Source: Patescibacteria group bacterium (lineage in GTDB: Bacteria; Patescibacteriota; Minisyncoccia; 2-02-FULL-40-12; GWA2-44-9). Taken from it: a DNA stretch of 63,695 nt. The notes beneath the pieces are model-generated. The model was not told the DNA's origin and made no database searches. It saw nothing but the letters and a program-made list of their open reading frames with translations. Where the stretch lies: NCBI GenBank assembly GCA_038064455.1, contig JBBTTB010000004.1, forward strand, positions 2,893-66,587. The letters are read 5' to 3'. The translations under genes were made by a program, and so were the position numbers. Each line of letters starts with the position of its first letter. Position 1 is the first letter of the stretch. Shown piece after piece: positions 18,034 through 28,610 of the stretch.

Positions 18034-19145
18034 ACAAAACACTTCTCATGGTGAGTGGGGACCGCATGCTCGCCGCAGGAATGGATGGAGCATTCTTTCA
18101 GATGCTTTCAGAATTTCACACGCATTGGGATCGTATTGATATTATCGTGCCTCGCGTATCACGCGGCCATGCTGTGCGACAGAACCCGTTTCCTAATGTG
18201 TTTGTGCATGCATCTTCGTGGCCACTCTTTTTGCAGTGGGCTCATATTGTGCGTACTGGGCTACGCCTTGGTCGTGAACGCGCATATGCGGGCGTGACGA
18301 TTCACGAATACCCCCCATTCTATAATGGAATTGGCGGACTCTTTCTTGCAAGGCGTCTGGGCATCCCTGCGCTTCTTGAAATCTTTCATATTCCGGGGCT
18401 CCCTCGTGCTAGTTCATTGCGCGAGACGATATATCGTTTGCTTGCCAGGATCATCCTACCCATCGAAGCTCGTTTTGCCACCGGCGTGCGCGTCATGAAT
18501 ATGGGGGAGGCGGGGAAATGTTTAGAAGCGTGGGGGGTGCCAGTGAAGAAAATTCATCTTATTCCAGCGCTCTTTCTACCACCTATCCCTGAACGCGGCC
18601 ACGTGGTCCCTACGCATGATTTTATCTTTGTAGGGCGCATAGAGCGGAATAAGGGCATTCAGCGTGCTATAGAGGCTCTTGCACGCCTTGAGCACGCAAC
18701 GATGCGTGTTATTGGCACAGGATCCCTTCTTACGTGGGCCCAGCACTATGCTCGACAGCAAGGAGTCAGTAGCCGTATCACGTGGAGTGGGTGGGTTGCT
18801 TCGGCGCACGAGGTTCTCGAGGCCATACAGGGCACGCGAGCTCTGGTGATGCTTTCAGATAATGAAGGAGGGCCACGCGTTGCCGTAGAAGCACTTGCGT
18901 GCGGTGTTCCTGTGCTTGCAACCCCAGTTGGAGTGATCCCAGACCTTGAGCGTGATGGCGCGGCGATACGTGTAGTCCACTGGTCACCAGAGGAGATCGC
19001 GCAGGGGATGAGAGATGTACTTGAAGATCCTTCGTGGCAGATTCGTGCCGAGGAGGGGTCAGATATTATCTGCGAGCGTTATGCGCGACAGGCAGTTATT
19101 AGCGCGCAGGCGAAAATAGTAAAAGATGTTTTCTCTCATGCATAG
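18030..19145 (+). CDS. Glycosyltransferase family 4
   Basis: GRIERNKG; NEGGPRVAVEALACG. Confidence 0.88.
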   Translation: MNKTLLMVSGDRMLAAGMDGAFFQMLSEFHTHWDRIDIIVPRVSRGHAVRQNPFPNVFVHASSWPLFLQWAHIVRTGLRLGRERAYAGVTIHEYPPFYNGIGGLFLARRLGIPALLEIFHIPGLPRASSLRETIYRLLARIILPIEARFATGVRVMNMGEAGKCLEAWGVPVKKIHLIPALFLPPIPERGHVVPTHDFIFVGRIERNKGIQRAIEALARLEHATMRVIGTGSLLTWAQHYARQQGVSSRITWSGWVASAHEVLEAIQGTRALVMLSDNEGGPRVAVEALACGVPVLATPVGVIPDLERDGAAIRVVHWSPEEIAQGMRDVLEDPSWQIRAEEGSDIICERYARQAVISAQAKIVKDVFSHA

Positions 19146-20172
19146 ACTCCTCATTATCACCCAGAAGGTTGACGAGTCTGATCAACTGCTTGGATTTTTT
19201 ATCGCTTGGATCCAGCGATTTGCTCAACAGTTTGCTCATGTACACGTACTGTGTCTTCAAAAGGGCTCCTACAAGCTTCCAAACAATGTGAGCGTTGAAA
19301 GTATGGGGAAGGATCGTGGATACTCGAAAGCTCGTCAGCTGTTTGAATTTTATCGTTTCATTATCGCGCAAAGACGTGAATATGATGTCGTATGTGTGCA
19401 CATGAATCCTATCTGGGCCGCATTGGGTGGTCTCGTGTGGCGCATAATGCATAAGCGCGTATATCTGTGGTATACGCACAAAGCAGTGACGATGCGATTG
19501 CGTATTGCCCATGCTATGGTGCATCGCGTATTTTCCGCATCGCCTGAAAGTTTCCGTCTCCCGTCTACAAAAGTTATGTTCACAGGGCATGGCATCGATA
19601 CGGATGTGTTTAGCCCCGGTGACGAGCAGCTTCGATCCAAGGACTCACTTCTCACCGTTGGGCGCATCGCACCCGTGAAGAATCTCGAGGTACTCGTCGA
19701 TGCGATGAGTTTACTCGCACAACAGGGAAGTTTACTTCGCGTCGTTGTGGTTGGAGAAGCGGCGCTTGATGTAGATAGAGCATACGAAGATTTAATCCGA
19801 AAGAGAATCAATAACGCAGGCATAGTAGGGCGGTTTGTGTTTGCGGGAAAGCATAAGAACGATGAGGTTCGGACGTTTTATCGTGAGTGTGCTTTGTTTG
19901 TACATATGAGTCGCACGGGAAGTCTCGATAAGACGCTTCTGGAGGCGATGGCGTGTGGAGCCCGCGTGGTGAGCTCGAATGATGCCGCTCGTGCGTTCCT
20001 CCCCCCTGAGCTTATCTTCGACGGCGCAAATCAAGGCGATTTGGCGCGAGGCATTAATCGAGCGCTCTCCGAATTGCCGGCTCCCTCACTTCGAGCGTAT
20101 GTTGTGGAACACCACAATCTAGACACCTTGATTCAAAAGCTTAGCAAGGAAATGATTTCTGTATGTCGATAA
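19138..20172 (+). CDS. Glycosyltransferase family 4
   Basis: GRIAPVKN; GSLDKTLLEAMACG. Confidence 0.88.
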   Translation: MHRLLIITQKVDESDQLLGFFIAWIQRFAQQFAHVHVLCLQKGSYKLPNNVSVESMGKDRGYSKARQLFEFYRFIIAQRREYDVVCVHMNPIWAALGGLVWRIMHKRVYLWYTHKAVTMRLRIAHAMVHRVFSASPESFRLPSTKVMFTGHGIDTDVFSPGDEQLRSKDSLLTVGRIAPVKNLEVLVDAMSLLAQQGSLLRVVVVGEAALDVDRAYEDLIRKRINNAGIVGRFVFAGKHKNDEVRTFYRECALFVHMSRTGSLDKTLLEAMACGARVVSSNDAARAFLPPELIFDGANQGDLARGINRALSELPAPSLRAYVVEHHNLDTLIQKLSKEMISVCR

Positions 20173-20951
20173 AACACATCATAAAATATTGCCTTCTGGC
20201 TGTACTCATTCCACTTCATGCGGTGGCGCGGACGCTTGGCATTGCAAAGCCAGGAGTTGCTGTGCTTATGTATCACGGCGTTGGAGATGATGTATGGGAG
20301 TTCGCAGTTTCTTTGCAGACGCTGAAGCGCCAGCTCGACATGCTTCATCGGAAGGGATTTCAATTTATTTCACTTGCAGAATTTGAGCAGATTCTTCGAG
20401 GCGCGCGACCCATGCCTCGGCGGAGCGCGTTCATCACATTCGACGATGCGTATCAATCTGTGGCCGATAATGCTCTTCCCGAATTGCGCGCGCGCAACAT
20501 TCGTTCCGCCTTGTATGTGCACACATCTCGAATTCAAGAACCCCTTGGAAACTCATGTGCGCTCATGCTGTGGCATACTATCCGAGAATCTGCGAAGTTT
20601 ATGGATATCGGGAGCCACTCGCACAAGCACCCTGTCTTAAAGGAATTGAGCGACGCTGAACTGGATGATGATATCCAGAAGTCCATCGCGGCGTGCCATC
20701 AAGAAGTTGGGATTACGCCTACGACATTTGCATATCCAGGAGGAAAATTCAGTGAGCGAGTCATTTCTGCACTTCGACGCCACGGATTTACGACTGCGTT
20801 CACAATAAACCAAGGACTTGTACGCCAGAACGACAACCACTTTCAATTGCGAAGAATTGGTGTCACATCCCATACGACAGATCTCGAATTGTACGCACAC
20901 GCAGTTGGGGTGGGAGAGTGGTACGGCCGGATAATAAAACTGTTCAAATAA
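20163..20951 (+). CDS. Polysaccharide deacetylase (NodB/IcaB-like)
   Basis: VLMYHGV, TFDDAY, SHSHKH, FAYPGG. Confidence 0.88.
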   Translation: MSIKHIIKYCLLAVLIPLHAVARTLGIAKPGVAVLMYHGVGDDVWEFAVSLQTLKRQLDMLHRKGFQFISLAEFEQILRGARPMPRRSAFITFDDAYQSVADNALPELRARNIRSALYVHTSRIQEPLGNSCALMLWHTIRESAKFMDIGSHSHKHPVLKELSDAELDDDIQKSIAACHQEVGITPTTFAYPGGKFSERVISALRRHGFTTAFTINQGLVRQNDNHFQLRRIGVTSHTTDLELYAHAVGVGEWYGRIIKLFK

Positions 20952-20958
20952 TTTCACC

Positions 20959-21606
20959 ATGCTTCCTCATATCATCAGGCAATCCCTCCAAGGAAAAACA
21001 ATCAACCGACTTCTTATGAATGCGAGCCTGCAGTCAATTTCTTTGCATGGCGACGTACTCGATCTTGGCGCGGGGAATAAGCGCTCGTCATATTTTCAGT
21101 TTTTCAAAAACACGTCCGGATATGCGGTGACGTCGGTCGATATTTCCTCGGAGCGCAATCCTGATGTTATCGCAAACATTGAAGAGGGGTTGCCGTTGTC
21201 CGATGCCGCATACGATAGCGTGCTTTGCTTTAATCTTCTTGAGCACTTGAGTAATCCAGCGCGAGCATTGGCTGAAGTGCATCGTGTGCTCCGGCCAGGG
21301 GGGTTGTTTATTGGGTATGTGCCGTTTCTGGTGAAATACCACGCCGATCCTCACGATTATTTCCGATATACGCATCAGGGGCTCCGTGTGCTATTTGAGC
21401 GCGCTGGATTCTCGGATATTTCCATTCAATTCATCGGGCGAGGTCCGTTCGTAGCCGCATGGTCACAGATTGAGTTTATACTGCCAGGATTTCTGCGCTG
21501 GCTCATCACCTATGCTGTCATAGGTCTCGATGCTATGCTTCTCAAGCTGAAGCCTGTGTTTGCGCGTACCTACGCGCTCGGATTTACCTTTACTGCAAAG
21601 AGATGA
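20959..21606 (+). CDS. Class I SAM-dependent methyltransferase
   Basis: VLDLGAG; YDSVLCFNLLEH; LRPGG; PHDYFRYT. Confidence 0.88.
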   Translation: MLPHIIRQSLQGKTINRLLMNASLQSISLHGDVLDLGAGNKRSSYFQFFKNTSGYAVTSVDISSERNPDVIANIEEGLPLSDAAYDSVLCFNLLEHLSNPARALAEVHRVLRPGGLFIGYVPFLVKYHADPHDYFRYTHQGLRVLFERAGFSDISIQFIGRGPFVAAWSQIEFILPGFLRWLITYAVIGLDAMLLKLKPVFARTYALGFTFTAKR

Positions 21607-22691
21607 GAATACTCTATATTGGAAATTATGATCCTGGATATGGTCGCAATCGAGTGATTGTGAAGGGGCTCGCGGAGAATGGCGCTGAAGTTGTGCAGTG
21701 CAACGGGGGTGTCGCGGGCGGAATTATGAAGTTCATCCGCCTTATCGCGAGATACGCGGCAGCCGCTCGCGGTAGATTTGATCTTGTTATCGTTGCGTTC
21801 CCTGCGCAGGAATCTATGTTTTTGGTGCGCCTTCTTTTGATGTATCGACGTCTCGCGCATCACACTCCCATCGTTATTGATATGCTCACGTCGCATTACG
21901 AGGGATATATTCTCGACCGGCAAAAATATACTCCCGAGAGTATGCATGCAATGTGGTATAAGTGGATTGACCGCATGGCGATGAGGCTCGCAGATATCTC
22001 CATCGTCGATAGCTACGCGGCTCGCAGATTTTTAGCGAAGGAGATGCGGATGCCCATCGAGAATGTTATTGCGGTATTTATCGGCACCGATGACAGCGTC
22101 TTAAAGCCGCTTCCTGCGGATGGCCACGCGGGGTTCCTAGTTCATTTTCACGGAAACTTTATTCCGCTTCAGGGGCCATCGTATATTGTAGAGGCGGCGA
22201 ACTTTCTGAAGCATGATTTGGATATTCGTTTTCAGATTATCGGCAAGGGTCAGCTCTACGATGCGTGCAGGAGTGCGGCGCAGGAGTATGGGCTTACTAA
22301 TATCAATTGGATAGACCGAATCCCATACGAGGATTTACCGAAATACATCAATGCCGCAGACGTGTGTCTTGGCACATTTGGGGGAACGGGAAAGTTCCAT
22401 CGGTGTGCGCCCAACAAGGTCTACGAATATATGGCATGCGGGAAAGCGATTATTACGGGGCGCTCTGATGCGCTCGAGAAGATTTCGAATGACGGGGTAA
22501 ACATGGTACTCTGCAATGCAGCGGACGGGAGGGATCTTGCTGATAAAATCGTACTACTGAAGCACAACGAAGCACTTCGAATTCGATTAGGAGAACAAGC
22601 GCGTCGAGAGTTCCTTGATCGATATAATCCGAAGCAACTCATGGGCCACTTGCTTCAAGAGCTACGTGATAAAAAGTTATTATTGCTATGA
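21603..22691 (+). CDS. Glycosyltransferase family 4
   Basis: FHGNFIPLQG; PNKVYEYMACGK. Confidence 0.88.
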   Translation: MRILYIGNYDPGYGRNRVIVKGLAENGAEVVQCNGGVAGGIMKFIRLIARYAAAARGRFDLVIVAFPAQESMFLVRLLLMYRRLAHHTPIVIDMLTSHYEGYILDRQKYTPESMHAMWYKWIDRMAMRLADISIVDSYAARRFLAKEMRMPIENVIAVFIGTDDSVLKPLPADGHAGFLVHFHGNFIPLQGPSYIVEAANFLKHDLDIRFQIIGKGQLYDACRSAAQEYGLTNINWIDRIPYEDLPKYINAADVCLGTFGGTGKFHRCAPNKVYEYMACGKAIITGRSDALEKISNDGVNMVLCNAADGRDLADKIVLLKHNEALRIRLGEQARREFLDRYNPKQLMGHLLQELRDKKLLLL

Positions 22692-23173
22692 AAAAAGAAA
22701 AACACATCGTAACAACTCACCCGTGTAAGCGCGTTGAGACGAAGAGCCACCTAGGAAAGGTGAACGGCTGGCTTCTCGAGCTGTTTAGTGACAAAGATGG
22801 ATTCACGAAGCATATCAAGGGGCAGGTATATCTCACTGTGGCGAAACCCGGCGTATTGAAGGTGTATCATCTTCACGCGCAATCCGATTATTTCGTGACA
22901 TGCATTAAGGGTACCGTGAAAGAAATCATATATAAGAGTAAAACCGAAAAAGAAGAGGTGCACATGGGCGATGGTGACTTTAAGACGGTCTTTCTACCGA
23001 AGGGGCACCCACATGCCATTCAAAACGTTGGCAAAACGCCTGCGTATGTGTTGGTGTATCGCTACCCTGCGTGGGATCCTAAGAAGCCTGAGCAACTCGA
23101 CATTGCTCCAGAGGCAATTGAAACTGATGCGGCATGGAAGAGGATCAGGGCATTTATAAAAATATTTAAATAA
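22688..23173 (+). CDS. RmlC-like cupin (NDP-sugar epimerase/isomerase-like)
   Basis: Cupin motifs YHLHAQSDYF and PKGHPHAIQN, within a sugar locus. Confidence 0.7.
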   Translation: MKKEKHIVTTHPCKRVETKSHLGKVNGWLLELFSDKDGFTKHIKGQVYLTVAKPGVLKVYHLHAQSDYFVTCIKGTVKEIIYKSKTEKEEVHMGDGDFKTVFLPKGHPHAIQNVGKTPAYVLVYRYPAWDPKKPEQLDIAPEAIETDAAWKRIRAFIKIFK

Positions 23174-23181
23174 ACTCCTCT

Positions 23182-23829
23182 ATGGATCAGGCACAACGTG
23201 CATATGAAGAAAAGAGCGTCACATATGGAATTAGCACCACTCGACGCAATAATATCATGAAGCTTATTGGCGGGCCGAATCTACGCGTTATTGATATTGC
23301 GTGTTCGCGGGGATATCTGGGGAAGCTGATTAAAGAGAAAGGAAACTACGTTGTCGGTGTTGACGTATCGCATGCGGCAGTTGGGTATGCAAAACAAGTA
23401 CTCGACGATGCATACGAACTTGATATTCAGGGGGATTGGCCCGAGTATCTCGCAAATCAGTCCTTTGATCTTGCGGTTGCCGCCGCAGTGATCGAGCACG
23501 TGTTTGACCCGGTAACATTCCTCAAGAGTGTCGCGTCTACACTTCGTCCGGGCGGGCACGTCATTGTAACAACGCCAAATTTCTTTTCATGGCGAAATCG
23601 ACTCACATTTCTTTTTGGAAGATTCAGATACACAGAGCAAGGCGATTTCGATTTCGGGCACATCCGCTGGTTCGATTATCGCTACCTACGAGAGGTGTTG
23701 GGCGAGGCCGGATTCTCAATTATTCAGGAGAATCATTACTATTTTCCCGGAAAGTTGACACGTTTATTAAAATATTGGCCGAGCCTCTTTGCAACGCACT
23801 TTATCATTGAAGCGAGGAAGATCGCCTAA
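23182..23829 (+). CDS. Class I SAM-dependent methyltransferase
   Basis: VIDIACSRG; VIEHVFDP; LRPGG; TTPN; GHIRWF. Confidence 0.85.
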   Translation: MDQAQRAYEEKSVTYGISTTRRNNIMKLIGGPNLRVIDIACSRGYLGKLIKEKGNYVVGVDVSHAAVGYAKQVLDDAYELDIQGDWPEYLANQSFDLAVAAAVIEHVFDPVTFLKSVASTLRPGGHVIVTTPNFFSWRNRLTFLFGRFRYTEQGDFDFGHIRWFDYRYLREVLGEAGFSIIQENHYYFPGKLTRLLKYWPSLFATHFIIEARKIA

Positions 23830-23887
23830 AGGCATTCTTTGCGGCACACTTGACGGTCAGATATAGGCGTGAATAATGAGTCATCAC

Positions 23888-25582
23888 ATGTATATTCTCG
23901 GAATCAATTTTTCTTCGCATGATACTTCTGCTTGTCTTGTGCGAGACGGCGAGCTCGTTGCGTTCATTGAAGAGGAGCGCCTCACTCGTATAAAGCACAC
24001 GAGTGCGTTTCCAGAGCGGGCTATCGCAAAAATTCTTGCAGATGCGCATATCACGCTCAAAGATATTGATTATATAGCGCTTCCTACTACGCATGCGATG
24101 CCGATAGGGACCGTTTTGTCATTCCATATGAGCTTTGGGATACGGAACTTCATTCCACTCCTCATGAAGCATGTGCGATATCGCTTTAAGTTCTATCGAG
24201 CGTTGCGACGCTTCCAGTCTCGGGTGGACAAAAAAAAGACGAAGATTGTATTTGTGGAACACCATATGTCACATATGGCGAATGCTTTTCTGGTTTCCCC
24301 TTTTCAAAAAGCGGCTATCTTCACGGTAGATAATAACGGTGACGGCCTCTCAAGTCGCCTGGGTGTCGGTGAAGGGAATACAATCACGACCCTTCGCACG
24401 TTTCCGATTTCAGAATCCATCGGGAATGTGTATTACCTCACCACGCAATTTCTCGGTTTTAGCGAAGAGGGCGGAGAGGGGAAAGTCATGGGACTTTCCT
24501 CGTACGGTGATCCAGAAACATTCATTCATGTATTCCGAGACATGGTACGCCTACGTGATGACGGATCGTACACACTGAATAAGAGCTATTTTTCTGCCAT
24601 ACCAAAAGGACTCTTAAATTGCGACGTACAATTATCCGAACTTTTTATTCATCAAGTCGGTCCGGCGCGTAAACACAGTGAGCCGCTTACGCAGGTTCAT
24701 TATGATATTGCCGCGGCACTTCAGAAAATAACCGAGGAAACTATCGTACACGTATTAAAACATCTCCATGCGCGAACACAGCTAGATACGCTTGTATTGG
24801 CTGGTGGCGTAACGCTGAATAGCGTGATGAATGGTAAACTACACCGCCTTACTCCATTTAAAGAAATTTTCATTCAGCCGCTATCGTACGATGGAGGAAA
24901 CGCCATTGGGGCCTCGTTCTATGTATGGAATGTATTGTTGGGCAACACAAAACGTTTCCAATTTACCTCATGTTATCTCGGGCCAGCATTCTCAACCGAA
25001 CAGATTCGTGCAGAGCTTCAGGAAATGAAACTTCCCTTTGAAGAGGTTGATGATCCATCGTCGTGCGCCGCGGACCTGATTGCCAACGGCAAAATCATCG
25101 GATGGTTCCAGGGGCGCATGGAGGCTGGGGCGCGTGCGTTGGGCAATCGCAGTATTCTTGCGAATCCTCGCATGGCAGAGATGAAAGATATTGTGAATGC
25201 ATACGTAAAGCATCGAGAGCCGTTCCGTCCGTTTGCTCCGGCGATTTTAGTTGAAAGGGTCGGGGCCTATTTTGACGACACGCTTCCCGTGCCATTTATG
25301 GAGCGCGTTTTTGATGTTCGTAAAGAGCGTCGAGCTGATATCCCCGCTGTAACACATGTGGACGGGACGGGGCGTCTCCAAACCGTCTCCCAAGAGCAAA
25401 ATCCGCGCTTTTATAAGTTGATACAAGCATTCGAGCAGCGCACTGGTGTTCCTGTGGTGCTCAACACCTCGTTTAATATACGGGGTGAGCCAATTGTCTG
25501 CACGCCTGCGGATGCAATTCGCTGTTTTTATAGCACGGGCATGGATGCGCTTATTCTCGATAGGTTTTTATTAAAGAAATAA
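23888..25582 (+). CDS. O-carbamoyltransferase, NodU/CmcH family
   Basis: HDTSA, EEERLTRIKH, EHHMSH, EGKVMGLSSYG, AGGVTLN, GARALGNRSI, REPFRPFAP, THVDGTGRLQ, LNTSFN. Confidence 0.95.
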   Translation: MYILGINFSSHDTSACLVRDGELVAFIEEERLTRIKHTSAFPERAIAKILADAHITLKDIDYIALPTTHAMPIGTVLSFHMSFGIRNFIPLLMKHVRYRFKFYRALRRFQSRVDKKKTKIVFVEHHMSHMANAFLVSPFQKAAIFTVDNNGDGLSSRLGVGEGNTITTLRTFPISESIGNVYYLTTQFLGFSEEGGEGKVMGLSSYGDPETFIHVFRDMVRLRDDGSYTLNKSYFSAIPKGLLNCDVQLSELFIHQVGPARKHSEPLTQVHYDIAAALQKITEETIVHVLKHLHARTQLDTLVLAGGVTLNSVMNGKLHRLTPFKEIFIQPLSYDGGNAIGASFYVWNVLLGNTKRFQFTSCYLGPAFSTEQIRAELQEMKLPFEEVDDPSSCAADLIANGKIIGWFQGRMEAGARALGNRSILANPRMAEMKDIVNAYVKHREPFRPFAPAILVERVGAYFDDTLPVPFMERVFDVRKERRADIPAVTHVDGTGRLQTVSQEQNPRFYKLIQAFEQRTGVPVVLNTSFNIRGEPIVCTPADAIRCFYSTGMDALILDRFLLKK

Positions 25583-26766
25583 TGCGCATCGTTATTTCAG
25601 GCTATACGTACACGCGTCAGAATCTATTTGATGTATTCGAGTCATATCCTGAGCGGGAGCGTCTCTATTTTATTTTACCGAGCAACTGGACCGCAAAGCA
25701 TGGAAAAGTTGTGTTCAAGCCATTCACTAGGAAGGGGTTTCATATCTATCACTCGCCGGCGCTCTTTACGCATTCGCAGTATCCGGTGATTGGCGGACTC
25801 TTGAAGGGGTGGATGCCATTCTTCGTTATTCGACTCGCGTGGGTTCGATTCACAAAGGGGGCAGACATCCTCTTCACTACAGGGGAGCCAAACGTGCTCT
25901 CAACGCTCTATAATGCTTTCTGGGCGAAGCTATTTGGCATGAAGCATGTATTCCACTACTGGGAGAATATTCCCTATGAAGAGAAAGATAGGGGTCTGAA
26001 GTACCAGCTAAAGCAATGGATTATACGTGCAACACTCGCCTTATCTGACGGTGCGATTTGTGGTATGTACAAAGCCGAGCGTATTCTAAAGTCGTTTGGG
26101 TCAGATATTAAAATAGGTACGTTTTTGCATGCAGGGTTTGACGCGCAACGATTTCGTCCGGGCATCCACCATGAGGATGTCTCCCAGCAGTATGGTTTGG
26201 CGGGGAGCAAGGTGTTTCTCTTTATCGGTGCTCTCGGAAAGCGTAAGGGCATCCATATCGCACTACGCGCGCTGGCGCGTATGAAGGGCGAGTATCCTGT
26301 AAAATTCTTGATTGTGGGAAGCGGGGAATATGAATCGGAGTTACGAGTACTCGTGAGTGCCCTCGGACTGCAATCTGAAGTTATATTCGTTCCTTGGATT
26401 ACCGAGAATGAGAAATTGCCAGCGCTGTATAACGCAGCGGATGTATTTCTGTATCCAAGCATTCCGCTTGATGGGTGGGAGGAGCAGTTTGGGTATTCAA
26501 TCGCTGAAGCTTCGCTATGTGGCGTTCCTGTGATTTCCACTCGTACGGGGTCTATCGATGAAGTTCTTATTGATCAAAGAACGGGCATCATGGTTCCACC
26601 AAACGATGAGAATGCGCTCTATGAGGCAATGGTCGCGTTGGTGGAGAATCCGGAAAAAGCATATCAGTACGGAGTGAATGGAAGGGAATACATCGCCGCT
26701 CACTACAGCAACGAGGTTATTAGTAAGAAAATGTTTTCACTATTCCATGATGTCATCAAGCAATAA
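25582..26766 (+). CDS. Glycosyltransferase family 4
   Basis: GALGKRKG; EEQFGYSIAEASLCG. Confidence 0.9.
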   Translation: MRIVISGYTYTRQNLFDVFESYPERERLYFILPSNWTAKHGKVVFKPFTRKGFHIYHSPALFTHSQYPVIGGLLKGWMPFFVIRLAWVRFTKGADILFTTGEPNVLSTLYNAFWAKLFGMKHVFHYWENIPYEEKDRGLKYQLKQWIIRATLALSDGAICGMYKAERILKSFGSDIKIGTFLHAGFDAQRFRPGIHHEDVSQQYGLAGSKVFLFIGALGKRKGIHIALRALARMKGEYPVKFLIVGSGEYESELRVLVSALGLQSEVIFVPWITENEKLPALYNAADVFLYPSIPLDGWEEQFGYSIAEASLCGVPVISTRTGSIDEVLIDQRTGIMVPPNDENALYEAMVALVENPEKAYQYGVNGREYIAAHYSNEVISKKMFSLFHDVIKQ

Positions 26767-27619
26767 TAAAATACCGTGTACGGTACAGGTGTTTACGCTC
26801 AATTCGGAGCGCGTGATTCGTCGATGTCTCGAGAGCCTTAAGGAATTTGATGATATCCTTATTCTCGATGGTAATAGCACCGATGACACGCTCGCGATTG
26901 CTCGGGAGTATACGAATCACATTGTGAAGCAGGCAGACACTGACCAGCCGAATTACCGACTCAAAGATGTTGCGGCGCTCCGGAATAAGGCTATTGATGA
27001 GGGGCGCTATGACTGGAATTTTTACCTTGATACAGATGAAGAGCTTCCTTCAAGAACCGCTGAAGAAATCCGGGCAATCGTAACGACGAATCCTATCAAG
27101 CACGACATCTATCAATTGCCTGGGCATATTAACTACAACGGTTGTGAGATTAGATACTCAACGGCATACCCGGGCTATCAAATGCGACTCGTGAATCGAG
27201 CATCTGGGGTGCGACATGAACGTACGCCGCACTCTCGGCTCACGTTTGATCCGGCAACGGTGAGCGTGGGGACTATGAAGAACCCCTGGTATGTTATTCT
27301 GGAACCAGGATTAGGTATCAAGGCCTATGAGCCGGCGATCAATCGTGGTCATATTCAGATACAGATCCGTGAGGCAACGAAGATCTCTGCGGGCGCATTC
27401 TGGTATTGGATCGTGTGGAGAAATGTTGCCGGCCTTATCAAAACATCCATGCGTATGGCGTGGATGTATGCTCGGCACGGGTTCAAAGAAACACTTCCGC
27501 CATCTATTGAAATGAAGCGCCTTCAGTACAAGGCGTCGCTTCTTTTCGGCGCGGTAAAGTTTAGAATTCGTATAGCATTATTCGGCGAGTCATCTCATGA
27601 AAAAGGTACTTCTCATTAG
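26747..27619 (+). CDS. Glycosyltransferase family 2 (LgtF/WaaE-like)
   Basis: TLNSE, ILDGNSTDDT, LRNKAI, LDTDEE. Confidence 0.85.
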   Translation: MMSSSNNKIPCTVQVFTLNSERVIRRCLESLKEFDDILILDGNSTDDTLAIAREYTNHIVKQADTDQPNYRLKDVAALRNKAIDEGRYDWNFYLDTDEELPSRTAEEIRAIVTTNPIKHDIYQLPGHINYNGCEIRYSTAYPGYQMRLVNRASGVRHERTPHSRLTFDPATVSVGTMKNPWYVILEPGLGIKAYEPAINRGHIQIQIREATKISAGAFWYWIVWRNVAGLIKTSMRMAWMYARHGFKETLPPSIEMKRLQYKASLLFGAVKFRIRIALFGESSHEKGTSH

Positions 27620-28610
27620 CCAGCGACATTCAATCTTCACCGAACCAATCACGCGAGCCTTACAACAACTCGAGTGCGAGGTTCGGTTTGCTGATTATTT
27701 AGGGACGACACTCCTGATGACGAATACGCTTTCCCAGCGAGTATTCGATAAACTCCCGAGCGTTATCCGTGAGCCGCTTTACCGAAGAGAGCTTCAAAAG
27801 GTGGATCGTCACATTCTCGATGTTGCCAATAATTTTCAGCCTGATCTCGTCTTCGTATCAAAGGGAAAGACGCTCGGACTCGATATGCTTGATGAACTTC
27901 GCCAAAAGGCGGTTGTCGTGAATTGGTACCCGGAAACAATGGACCACATCCAACGGATGTTGCATATAGCACCGCATTATTCTCATTTTTTTAACTTTGA
28001 TCCACTGGTTGTTTCCACGCTTACTGATTCTGGATATCAGCAAGCCCATTATCTGCCGTTCTGTGCCGATATTGCCAAGGATGCGGTATTCCCAGACACC
28101 AACTACGAGTACCCAATCTCCTTTATTGGTTCGTATGATCGCGTGCGATACGCGGACCGTGAGCATATCCTTGCGCGCGTAAAAGACCTAGGCTTGCATG
28201 TGTGGGGGAATAAAGCCTGGAAGGACACAAGTCTCCATGACGTGTATCATGGGTACCCCTCACCTCTAGAGATGGCAAATATTTACGCTCGCAGTAAGGT
28301 GGTAATCAGTATGCACGTATCCGACGTGCCCGGCACGGGTGTGAATGTGCGTCCCTTTGAGATTACCGGTGCTGGTGGATTTCTGCTGAATCGAGACGAT
28401 AAGAAGGAGATATTCAACCTTTTTAAGGAAGGTGAAGAATTTATACCGTTCCATAACGGAGACGATATACGAGAAAAAGTAGAGTATTATCTCACCCACG
28501 ATGAGGAGCGTATGCGGATTGCGAGGGCTGGATTTGAGCGCACGCGAGCGTTACATACGTATCTCGATAGAATGTCCGAGATCCTTCGAATAACGGGAAT
28601 AAACACATGA
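27597..28610 (+). CDS. CgeB-like glycosyltransferase
   Basis: ISFIGS, NVRPFEITGAGGFLL, ARAGFERT, HTYLDR. Confidence 0.85.
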   Translation: MKKVLLISQRHSIFTEPITRALQQLECEVRFADYLGTTLLMTNTLSQRVFDKLPSVIREPLYRRELQKVDRHILDVANNFQPDLVFVSKGKTLGLDMLDELRQKAVVVNWYPETMDHIQRMLHIAPHYSHFFNFDPLVVSTLTDSGYQQAHYLPFCADIAKDAVFPDTNYEYPISFIGSYDRVRYADREHILARVKDLGLHVWGNKAWKDTSLHDVYHGYPSPLEMANIYARSKVVISMHVSDVPGTGVNVRPFEITGAGGFLLNRDDKKEIFNLFKEGEEFIPFHNGDDIREKVEYYLTHDEERMRIARAGFERTRALHTYLDRMSEILRITGINT

